The notes under the pieces: generated by a model
Told to the model about the DNA's origin: nothing
Databases searched by the model: none
The model's input: only the letters and a program-made list of their open reading frames with translations
From: Omnitrophica WOR_2 bacterium RIFCSPLOWO2_12_FULL_51_24
GTDB lineage: Bacteria > Omnitrophota > Gorgyraeia > Pluralincolimonadales > Pluralincolimonadaceae
NCBI GenBank assembly: GCA_001805885.1
Contig: MHHC01000020.1
Location: 1-33,406, forward strand
Reading direction: 5' to 3'
DNA length: 33,406 nt
Translations under genes and position numbers: made by a program
In this document: positions 17,401-25,100 of the stretch, one piece after another
Numbering within the stretch: position 1 is the first letter of the stretch
How the letters are laid out: each line of letters opens with the position of its first letter

Positions 17401-19063
17401 TTCAGATTGGTGGGGAGGGAACCCTGTCTTCGGCGAAGAAACGGTCATGATGACTACACACCATCATGAAGTGGCCGCTGACAGAAAACCGGGCGTGGCG
17501 CTCTATATACAGACGCTGGAGCCCGACAAGAAGAAGATCCTTTCTTCTATTGGTTTGCCCGCGGATAAGAAGATCCATATTTTCGCGATGACCCTTGAGG
17601 GAGAAGTCTCGAACGTTCCCTTGCCCGAACCCGCCATAGTAGAGCCTAAATCTGACTCATCAGTGGGCGATGTGGTCAAAATCGTCGCGGAGGATAAACA
17701 GAAAAATATCGCAAAAGTCGAGTATTCCACGGACGGAGACGACTGGAGATCGATGACCCCCGCAGGAGACGGAACCTATACGGCCGATTGGGATACGACC
17801 AAATTAAAAGGCATAAACCACACTATAAACGTAAAGGCGACCGATAAGATAGGACAGATAAACATAAAGAGCATAAGCGTCAGGGTTGTAAATAAGGTCA
17901 CCATAGTATTTCCGTTTGAGGGCGCGAGCGTCTATAGGATGGCTACGCTCATGGTCGAACCGAGAGCTAACAAGGAAGTCGATAAAATAGAATATTCTAT
18001 CGATAACGGGCAGTTTATGCAGATGTCGCCCAATATGGGGTTATACACGGCCGAGTGGAAGATAGACGAAGGATATAAACCGGGCTCAGCCCATATGCTG
18101 ATAGTAAGGGAAATTGAGAAGGGCGGCGGGGTCACCATCGACACGGTCAAGGTCACGGCCGACACGGTCAAAATCATGATCGCCGAGCCGGTCAAGGGCC
18201 ATTCCATAAAGGTCGATAAGAATGTAAGGGATTGGGTCGGCGTTCCGCCGGAACAGGAGAACGCCGCGACGGTCAGTAACGGAGAATATATATGGAAAGA
18301 TGAGAAAAACGATGATACCGGGAACGGCCATTACACGTATCCGACGAATAGAGCGGTGAACAAAGGCGCGGACCTGCGGGAATTTAGGGTCACTTGGGAC
18401 AGCGAGAATCTCTATTTAATGATAAAATGCGATCGCCCCGGAGATTACTGGGCGCCTTACAGGATAATAGGGATAGACAAGGATGGCGCTAAAGGCGGAA
18501 ATAGCGGTACTCAGGTATTGGCACAGGTCAACTTAGATGACATTAGTCCTGACACTGGTTGCTACGGCAACCTTAAGGTCTCGCCGGAACTGGCTTGCGA
18601 ATACGCCATAGGGATATCCAATTCCTATAAGGGCCGCATCTGGGACGCGAAAGGAAAACTTATCGCTCGTAAGGAAGGCGATAACAATGATACGTCCGGA
18701 TTTCTGGTAGATGACGCGAATTGGAATGCCGTTGAGGTGGCTATCCCATTGAAACTTATAGGGGCAAGCCCGGCTCTCCTCTCGGGACAGACGTGGAGAT
18801 TTATAGTCGGAGTCGGCTTGCAAGATAACGAAATTTTCAGGAAAATAGATAAGGATGCGTCCGAGTGGCATGGAGGAGGAGGCGAGATAAACGGCTCGAA
18901 CCCCTATGTTTACGATCTTGCGAGCCCTGACAGGAAGACGCAGGAATATGAACTGAACAGCTACAAAAAGGAAGGTGACTCCGCGGATCCCGGCACGTTT
19001 GTGACCATCAGGAGGTCTTATCTGACCGTTACATTCAGCGACGAGGGGGCGAAGTCCCCATAA
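14486..19063 (+). CDS. Secreted 1525-aa multidomain GH2 glycosidase: GH2 catalytic core, two Ig-like domains, an unknown domain, two Ig-like domains, and a Glucodextran_C-like C-terminal module
   Basis: The signal peptide MLKRIFSYCIPAVFLSLCTILPAG is followed by a Pro/Thr-rich linker. The GH2 sugar-binding domain shows WYRRHFTIP and FEAANYFTDVWINGKWIGCHEGGYTPFAFDI. The TIM barrel shows VNFVRTAHYPNQQE, with acid/base WSTCNECSW (Glu about residue 509) and nucleophile ISTEYG (Glu about residue 594). See the domain features below. Confidence 0.85.
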   Translation: MLKRIFSYCIPAVFLSLCTILPAGTTPVQPPAPETQPATFEVKEIDGLYMPFQNGIPFPSWEKQDHLYVDLNGAWKVERKSVDHKLTLYNRTPENIKLVEREGADRHKAEYNDGGWKEKQIPGVENPAPDRYMDGVWYRRHFTIPSDAAGKYIKLMFEAANYFTDVWINGKWIGCHEGGYTPFAFDIGQYLNYGQDNVIAVRVDNIPWLPNGDSSPEALKTNDHNIVLYATGDWWNYGGITRNVYIEISPLVSVVRADVKPKLVDEKNSELTIDVVAYNRSDAEVNSSLSLKVLQANVKDSNLEEASAKKMITGKTVSVQGETSKQITLKAGEAKAFRFSLKSSGLKPWSPEAPNLYVLQVNLGDKKTKSDEFYTQFGVREISVDKANAKLLLNGKEVFLRGIARHAVFYGEPGPRVYGPASIVEDFRLAKDANVNFVRTAHYPNQQETYLIADRMGLLIWEEIPVFWFGGPEFLIQKNVRGIARQMWFEMIYRDYNRPSVIIWSTCNECSWQAERAAFIKDLRENAYKVDGTRLVAQSASGSDPTDATQKECDLLGFTTYYGIFYGGSYDADTKVALEKAHKAFPDKPIISTEYGMWAHYGDFPQEEVQIEVAKETFGALREFPYVAGATWWTIADWHTMINEPQTMGTMTIDRKLQKPVYFQLQRQYGSLLGDLTVEIKEPTEGQALNGKVAISAEIKGREKPEAVELIIEGKSLGRLSQKKDLYQMELDTTKISEGRHTFIVRAKSKKGYYISDFIRVTIDNIDGPPTITANLKDQNVVMGKLSLKAVATDDKVVTSVTYSVDGGEVLQMESIGEGDYQATWDASGLPDGSAHELKFTATDTGNQTAEAKAKVTIDNKPGQYVGLPFDHDWISWNKNRGDGTGYDFPAEELPDSNSEFIFNGAEKVKFRLGEKTDGAKNNVECNKQKIAFAPGNYTKVHILATMHNGGSRQPFILNYTNGTSEKVVTGFSDWWGGNPVFGEETVMMTTHHHEVAADRKPGVALYIQTLEPDKKKILSSIGLPADKKIHIFAMTLEGEVSNVPLPEPAIVEPKSDSSVGDVVKIVAEDKQKNIAKVEYSTDGDDWRSMTPAGDGTYTADWDTTKLKGINHTINVKATDKIGQINIKSISVRVVNKVTIVFPFEGASVYRMATLMVEPRANKEVDKIEYSIDNGQFMQMSPNMGLYTAEWKIDEGYKPGSAHMLIVREIEKGGGVTIDTVKVTADTVKIMIAEPVKGHSIKVDKNVRDWVGVPPEQENAATVSNGEYIWKDEKNDDTGNGHYTYPTNRAVNKGADLREFRVTWDSENLYLMIKCDRPGDYWAPYRIIGIDKDGAKGGNSGTQVLAQVNLDDISPDTGCYGNLKVSPELACEYAIGISNSYKGRIWDAKGKLIARKEGDNNDTSGFLVDDANWNAVEVAIPLKLIGASPALLSGQTWRFIVGVGLQDNEIFRKIDKDASEWHGGGGEINGSNPYVYDLASPDRKTQEYELNSYKKEGDSADPGTFVTIRRSYLTVTFSDEGAKSP
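14600..16516 (+). other. GH2 catalytic region (sugar-binding jelly roll, Ig-like sandwich, TIM barrel) of the 1525-aa protein
   Basis: Motifs are listed under the parent CDS. LWSPEAPNLY marks the end of the Ig-like sandwich. Boundaries are approximate. Substrate (beta-galactoside, beta-mannoside or beta-glucuronide) cannot be assigned by eye. Confidence 0.75.
16517..17065 (+). repeat. Two tandem Ig-like (bacterial Ig / Big-type) domains, protein-level repeat
   Basis: Each unit is about 90 aa and ends in VTIDN. The shared pattern is V..V.Y(S).DG.....M...G.G.Y.A.WD...L.DG.H.L...A.D. Similarity shows at protein level only. Boundaries are approximate. Confidence 0.6.
17066..17605 (+). other. Unassigned ~180-aa domain inserted between the Ig-like pairs (residues ~861-1040)
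   Basis: The domain runs KPGQYVGLPFDHDWISWNKNRGDGTGYDFPAEELPDSNSEFIFNG...VECNKQKIAFAPGNYTKVHILATMHNGG...FSDWWGG...IHIFAMTLEGE. It is probably a beta-sandwich. I cannot name a family. Confidence 0.4.
17630..18163 (+). repeat. Two further tandem Ig-like domains (copies 3 and 4)
   Basis: Copy 3 shows VKIVAEDKQKNIAKVEYSTDGDDWRSMTPAGDGTYTADWDTTKL. Copy 4 shows VDKIEYSIDNGQFMQMSPNMGLYTAEWKIDEGYKPGSAHML. Both follow the same pattern as copies 1 and 2. Boundaries are approximate. Confidence 0.6.
18197..19060 (+). other. C-terminal ~288-aa Glucodextran_C-like module of the GH2 protein (paralogue copy 1)
   Basis: It starts at GHSIKVDKNVRDWVGVPPEQ. The motif EYIWKDEKNDDTGNGHYTYPTN....GADLREFRVTWD resembles the D.(G)DD.G.G.YTYP......DL..F.V signature I associate with the Pfam Glucodextran_C family. 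It is colinear with the two downstream proteins all the way to the C-terminus. Confidence 0.6.
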
Positions 19064-19080
19064 AAAGGAGGTGCAGTAAA

Positions 19081-20061
19081 ATGGGCAGAGTAGCGTTATT
19101 TTTAGTGATTGGGCTGGTATTTTCGTCTGTATGTTTTGCCGAGGATGCTGCGGAGCCTGCGGCTACAGCCGTAAAAGCTCTTACTGTCGATGAAGCGGGG
19201 AAGATCCCGGTTACCGGGCACACCATCGCGGCCGACAAGAATATAAGAGACTGGACAGGCGTAGCTCCGGAACAGGAGAACTCAGCCGCGGTGAGCAATG
19301 GAGAGTACATATGGAAGGATGCGGCGGGCGATGATGCAGGAAGCGGAAGTTATACTTATCCCCTGGATAAGGTGCTCAAGAAAGGCGCGGACCTGAAAGA
19401 ATTCAGGGTGACATTTGATAAGGATAACCTTTATCTCCTGATCAGGACCGACAGGCCCGGAGACTGGTGGACCGGTTTCAAGATAGTAGGGATACATAAA
19501 GAAGGGGCCGCCGGCGGGACAGAGGTCTTGGCGCAGGGTGATATGGATGAAGGCGGTTTCGATTCAGGCACTTTCGCCAATCTGAAAGTCGCGCCCGCAC
19601 TTGCTTGTCAGTATGTCGTGGCGATCTCCTCGAGTTATAAGGGCCGTATTTATGACGAGAAGGGCAAGGTGATAGCCCGCAAAGAGGCGCAGCCGGATGA
19701 TACACCAGGGTTCAAGGTCGATGACTTTAACTGGAATGCGATCGAAGTCGTTATTCCGTTGAAGCTAATAGGCGTGCCCCAAGGGGCTAGTCCAGCAGGA
19801 GAGACGTGGAAATTCATTATTGCTACAGGTCAGCAGGATAGCGATGTCGCCCGAAGGGTCGAGGCGACGCAAAGCCAGTATCATGGCGGCGGCGGAGCTG
19901 AAGTCAACGTGAATCCGAATGTCTATGATTTAGCCGGGTCCGACAAGGCTACGCAGGAGAAAGAACTGGGTAGTTTTGATCCTAACGCGCAAGAGGGCGA
20001 TCCGAAAGGTTTCGCAACTATCGGGAAATCGTTCTTGACGGTTAATTTCGGTTCGAAATAA
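19081..20061 (+). CDS. Secreted stand-alone Glucodextran_C-like module protein (326 aa, paralogue copy 2)
   Basis: A strong SD, AAGGAGGTG, lies at 19068-19076. The signal peptide is MGRVALFLVIGLVFSSVCFA/ED. The mature part aligns end to end with GH2 residues ~1238-1525: GHTIAADKNIRDWTGVAPEQENSAAVSNGEYIWKD, YTYP, ADLKEFRVTFD, QYHGGGG, YDLAGSD, and KSFLTVNF. Confidence 0.8.
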   Translation: MGRVALFLVIGLVFSSVCFAEDAAEPAATAVKALTVDEAGKIPVTGHTIAADKNIRDWTGVAPEQENSAAVSNGEYIWKDAAGDDAGSGSYTYPLDKVLKKGADLKEFRVTFDKDNLYLLIRTDRPGDWWTGFKIVGIHKEGAAGGTEVLAQGDMDEGGFDSGTFANLKVAPALACQYVVAISSSYKGRIYDEKGKVIARKEAQPDDTPGFKVDDFNWNAIEVVIPLKLIGVPQGASPAGETWKFIIATGQQDSDVARRVEATQSQYHGGGGAEVNVNPNVYDLAGSDKATQEKELGSFDPNAQEGDPKGFATIGKSFLTVNFGSK

Positions 20062-20091
20062 CAGGTCTATTTTTGTAGAAAGGGCAGGAGG

Positions 20092-21054
20092 ATGAGAAGG
20101 AAGCCTATTTTTTATCTGGTATTGGTATCTCTTTTCCTGCTCTGCTCTCCCGCTGATGCGGGAGAGACGTACGGAACCCTATCCGGCCATTCCATAAAGG
20201 TAGACGGTTCGGTATCCGACTGGGTCGGTGTCGCTCCGACCAAGCTTGATACGGGAACGATAAGCAAAGGCGAATTCATATGGGAAGACGCCTTAGGCGA
20301 CGACACCGGAAACGGCAGATACACCTATCCCAAAAATCCCGCCATGGCAAGAGCTGCTGATCTCAAGGAGTTCAGGGTCACATGGGACAGTAGGAACGTT
20401 TATTTTCTTATTAAGATGACAATGCCCGGCGAGTGGTGGGCCCCTTACCGAGTTATCGCCGTAGACACCGACGGCGCCGGTGGCGGCAGAAAAGGCATGA
20501 GGGTGATACAGCAGGGTGACATCGATACGATGGATTCGGATAGCGGTACGTTCGGCGAGTTGAGGGTCTCAAGTTCGCTTGCCGCCGATTACGTTATTGT
20601 CATATCCGGAACGTATAGAGGTATGATCTGGGACGCGAAGGGGAGACTTGTCGCAAAGACCTCCGGCGAAAAGACCGATACGCCCGGTTTCAAGATCAAG
20701 GATTCAAACGTGGCTACTATCGAGATCCAGGTGCCGCATAAGATAATAGGGAATCCCCAGGGAAGGATCTGGAGATTTATCGTCGCGACCGGCATCGAGG
20801 ACCATGGGCACGTCCGGGAGATATACAGGGAAGCGGAGGAATGGCATGGCGGCGGCGGCGAGAATACGGTCGCCGAAGACGGAGTGGACCCAGATTTCTA
20901 TGACCTCGCCAGCCCGGACCAGAACACGCAGGAGATAGAACTGGCGGGCTATGGGGCGAACGCGCCGGCCGGCGAGAGCCGATCATTCACAGAGATAAAG
21001 AAATCATATTTGGAAATAAAGTTCTCCCCATTTTTGAGTTCGACTCCCAAGTGA
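20092..21054 (+). CDS. Secreted stand-alone Glucodextran_C-like module protein (320 aa, paralogue copy 3)
   Basis: The signal peptide is MRRKPIFYLVLVSLFLLCSPADA/GE. The protein shows GHSIKVDGSVSDWVGVAP, GEFIWEDALGDDTGNGRYTYP, ADLKEFRVTWD, EWHGGGGE, YDLASPD, and KSYLEIKF. It is colinear with copies 1 and 2. Confidence 0.8.
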   Translation: MRRKPIFYLVLVSLFLLCSPADAGETYGTLSGHSIKVDGSVSDWVGVAPTKLDTGTISKGEFIWEDALGDDTGNGRYTYPKNPAMARAADLKEFRVTWDSRNVYFLIKMTMPGEWWAPYRVIAVDTDGAGGGRKGMRVIQQGDIDTMDSDSGTFGELRVSSSLAADYVIVISGTYRGMIWDAKGRLVAKTSGEKTDTPGFKIKDSNVATIEIQVPHKIIGNPQGRIWRFIVATGIEDHGHVREIYREAEEWHGGGGENTVAEDGVDPDFYDLASPDQNTQEIELAGYGANAPAGESRSFTEIKKSYLEIKFSPFLSSTPK

Positions 21055-21060
21055 CCTCAA

Positions 21061-21078
21061 TATGTTATCGATAACATA
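21061..21078. promoter_or_regulatory. Perfect 18-bp palindromic LacI-family operator candidate
   Basis: TATGTTATC|GATAACATA is a perfect inverted repeat with a central CG. It fits the LacI/GalR operator consensus (TGnnAnCGnTnnCA). It ends 2 nt before the ATG of LacI gene 2. It shares the TGTTA(T/C)C half-site with the 13401 site and with the right half of lacO1. Confidence 0.6.
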
Positions 21079-21080
21079 AT

Positions 21081-22094
21081 ATGAAGAAAGTAACCTTTAA
21101 AGAGATCTCCAAGATAGTCGGCATATCCCCGATGCACGTATCCAGGGCCCTGGCCGGGCATCCTTACGTCAAGGAAGAACTGCGCCGGCGGATATTCAAG
21201 GTTGCCAAAAAGCTCAACTACAGCGTAAACCCCTTCGGCCGCGGCCTCTCGAAGAACATCCAGATGAAGGCGCGCATGATATGTATCCTGACCAAATACG
21301 AAAACTTCTTTCGGACAGAATATTTCATCAACCTGATGGACGCTATCAGCGACAATTGCAGGGCGAAGGGATACGACGTAATAATAGTAAGCCTTAACGA
21401 CAACGAACCGGAGAACATAAAGAGGCTCAAGAACCTGGTCAATTATCATAAGGCGGGCATAATAGAGGGGTTTGCCTTTATCGCGCCCGACCTTGAAGCT
21501 CCGGAAGGGATCTTCCTGCACGGCGAGAAAGTAAATTTCGTATGTGTAGGAGACAGGATAGTCGCAGAGACGAAATATGTCGATGTCGATAATTTCCGGG
21601 CGGGTTTTGAGGTAGGGGAATACCTGGTCGGACTAGGACACAAGAAGATCGGTTTCGTGAGGGGTCCGGGCAATAGGTATGACACCCATGTGAGGTATCA
21701 GGGTTTCTTAAACGCCCTCCAGGCGAAGGGGCTCAGGCCGGAACAGGGCCTTATAGTGAACGGGGATTATAAGGCCGCTGGCGGAAAAAAAGCGACGGCG
21801 ATATTATTTTCACAAAAGAAAAGACCCGACGCAGTATTTTATGCTAACGACCTCATGGCCTACGGCGGCCTCGAGTTCTTTAAAGAAAAAAAGATAAAGG
21901 TACCGCGGGATGTATCGATAGTAGGTTTTGACGATCTTGCGGCGTCGTCCAAGACCGAGCCTCCGCTCACGACACTCAGGCAGCCGTATGGGGAGATGGG
22001 CGAAGCGGTCACCGAGGCTGTATTGGACCCGAATTTTGTGTCAAAGAGTATCGCGGCGAAATTAATAATAAGGAAGAGTTGCGACAGGTTATAG
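21081..22094 (+). CDS. LacI/GalR family transcriptional regulator (regulator 2)
   Basis: The N-terminal HTH is TFKEISKIVGISPMHVSRALAG. The sugar-binding core shows IGFVRGPG, AVFYANDLMAYGGLEF and SIVGFDD. No Shine-Dalgarno sequence is visible upstream. Confidence 0.88.
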   Translation: MKKVTFKEISKIVGISPMHVSRALAGHPYVKEELRRRIFKVAKKLNYSVNPFGRGLSKNIQMKARMICILTKYENFFRTEYFINLMDAISDNCRAKGYDVIIVSLNDNEPENIKRLKNLVNYHKAGIIEGFAFIAPDLEAPEGIFLHGEKVNFVCVGDRIVAETKYVDVDNFRAGFEVGEYLVGLGHKKIGFVRGPGNRYDTHVRYQGFLNALQAKGLRPEQGLIVNGDYKAAGGKKATAILFSQKKRPDAVFYANDLMAYGGLEFFKEKKIKVPRDVSIVGFDDLAASSKTEPPLTTLRQPYGEMGEAVTEAVLDPNFVSKSIAAKLIIRKSCDRL

Positions 22095-22103
22095 GAGAAG
22101 AGG

Positions 22104-25100
22104 ATGAGGAGAACGGCCGCATACAAGATCGGCAATGATAACGAGTTTATCATCGAGAACTACAACTACTCAAAGGCCTTTTCGAGTTTTTTGCCCGGTA
22201 TAGCCGGAGTGGACGGGATCCCGATGTGGGTCTTTTATGTGAACAGGAATCAGGCGGTCTGCAGCCTGGGCATAGAGAGCAAAGACCGCGCGATGATGGA
22301 ATTCCTGCCGGCGAATTTCGCGTATCAGCTGGTCGGGACGCAAGGCTTCAGGACTTTTATCAAGATAAGGGTCAAGGGTGGATTTACTTTATATGAGCCG
22401 TTCCGGATATACGAGAAAGAAGAGAGATACATCCCGTCCCAGACGATGATAATAACCCCTTATTCCGTCATACTCAAGGAAATCCACGAGAGACTGGGAA
22501 TAAGCGTCGAAATCAAATACTGCAATGTAGTGCAGGAACCGTTCCCCGGCCTGATAAGGCAGGTGGAGATAAAAAATATCTCCAAACGGCCGATAAAGAT
22601 CGAACTCCTCGACGGTATCCCGCGGGTCATCCCGTTCGGGATGGATGATGTCAGCCTCAAGAGGATGAAATACCTCGTCAGATCCTTTAGTTTCGTAGAG
22701 AACCTCGAAAAAATGATCCCATATTTTCACATCAGGACGACCCACGAAGACGGCCCCGAGGTCGCGATGGTGAAGAGGGGACATTACTATGCATGCGTCA
22801 AAGTGGACGGCAAGAAGGCGGAGCTGAAGCGTCCCCTGGTCGATACCTCGCAGATCTTCGGCACGAGGGAGGACCTTATCTTTCCTTCAAAATTTAACGT
22901 CAAGTCCAAATTTGCATACGATCTTAAGAATGAGCTCACGAGCGGCGAATTTTCTTCCGCTATGTGCTACGAGAATATTACGCTCAGGCCGTCGGAGGCG
23001 CTTGCCTTATACTGCGCCTGCGGGACCCTTGACTCTCTCGGCGATACAGAGAAGGTCGCGCGCGCCCTTACTGCGGATTTTGCGGAGATACAGCTCGAAA
23101 GGAACAGGGTCCTTATTGAATCGATAATGAGCTGTTCTTTGATCGTAAGCGAAAATGAGAAATTCGACAGGTATTCCGTTCAGAATTTTCTCGATAACGT
23201 TTTAAGAGGCGGCTTCCCGATAGCAGTGGCCAAGGATAGAGGCAAGGTATTCTATGTCTATTCCAGAAAACACGGCGACCTGGAAAGGGATTATAATCAG
23301 TTCTACCTCTCGCCTACCGTCTATTCCCAGGGTGATTCCAATTACAGGGACGTGAATCAAAATAGGCGCAATGATGCGTTCTTCAATCCCGATGTCGGGA
23401 TGACCAATATAGTGAATTTCGTAAATCTCATACAGATCGACGGGTTCAATCCGCACGGCGTGGGCGGGATGTCCTTTGTATACAAAGGGGGCAAGGTCCT
23501 GAGCGAAGCGAAGGGCACGGTCCTTAGCGAAGCTAAGGGCAAAAAACTCCTTATAGATATCTTCAGTAGAGCAGCCGACAGGATGGATGAATTTCTCAAA
23601 AACCCTTTCACCCCCGGCGACATCTTCAAGTTCATCGACTCCGATTCGATAAAGCCGGCCGTATCAAAAGAGGAGATGCTCTCCCGGATACTTGAGAATT
23701 CCGACGCGATCCAGAATTCACAGCATAGCGACGGGTTCTGGAGCGACCACTGGCATTATAACATGGACCTCATCGACAGCTTCCTTGCGGTATATCCGGA
23801 CAGGAGGAAAGAGCTCTTCTTTGATCGCAGGGATTTCACATTCCACGACGGCCCTTGCATAGTGCTTCCGAGGGAGGATAAATACGTTGTCTGGGACGGC
23901 AAACCTATCCAATTGGGCGCGGTGAGGATCGACGAAGAAAAGAAGAAAATGATTTCCGGCAGGAAGTCGGACAAGACGCTCGTTCGCAAAGTAAACGGCA
24001 AAGGCGATATCTACAGAACGAACCTCATAACGAAACTTTTCATCATCGCGGTCAACAAGATAAACTCCATCGGGCCGGACGGCTGCGGCATCGAGATGGA
24101 GACAGATAAGCCAAACTGGTATGACGCGTTAAACGGCCTGCCTGGTCTCTTCGGCTCGTCCTCCAACGAGACATTCGAGTTAAAGAGACTCATCAGTATG
24201 ATCTCGAAAAACCTCAACGCGAACGTTGACGAGAACGTTGACAACGCCGCTCTCGAGCTTCCCGAGGAGGTTGCCGATATCGTTAGAAGTTCCAGGGGTA
24301 TCTTAAGCGATTATCTCGACGGAAGATTAGACGATTTCGGCGTATGGGATAAGCTGACCGCGATAAAAGAGGATTTCAGGAAGAAGGTGAAGTTCGGGAT
24401 AATCGGCAGGCTGGTCCCGGTCCCGGCTGACGAGCTCTCCGAATACCTTATAATTGCGGGTAAGAGAATACAATCCGCAATAAACAAAAGTTTTGACGAG
24501 AAGACCGGGCTTTATTCCGGATATTTCATCAATATCCCCGCCGAATACGAACAGATCACCTATGTCGACAACTCCGGGAAAGAAGTGCCGAAGATAAACC
24601 ACAAAGGTCTTCCATGCATAAAAGTCATGAAGTTCAATTCGAGACCGCTGCCGTTATTCCTGGAGGCGCAGGTCCACGCGCTTAAAGTGGAGGAGGATAA
24701 GTCGGTCGCGGCGAAGCTGCACCGCAATCTGATGAAGAGTGATCTGGTTGACAAGAAGCTTAAAATGTTTTTCGTGAATGCCTCGCTAGAAAAAGAACCG
24801 TATGAGATAGGCAGGACAAAGACCTTCAATCCGGGCTGGCTGGAGAACCAATCGATCTGGCTGCACATGGAATACAAATATATGCTTGAACTCCTGAAGG
24901 CCGGGCTTTATGAGGACTATTATGAGAACTTAAAGAACGTGCTCGTGCCTTTCCTGAAGCCCGAGGTCTACGGGCGCAGCATATTCGAAAATTCATCGTT
25001 TATCGCAAGCAGCGTCCATCCCGACAGGAAGGTCCACGGCCAGGGGTTCTACGCGAGGCTCTCCGGTTCGACCGCGGAATTCGTCCATATGTGGCTTATA

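Noticed and set aside
18860-18885. The Gly run in the WHGGGG motif of the three modules, considered as a nucleotide-binding P-loop.
   Set aside because: No following GK(S/T) is present, and the proteins are exported, so a P-loop NTPase role is implausible. It is more likely a tight turn or ligand loop of a beta-sandwich.
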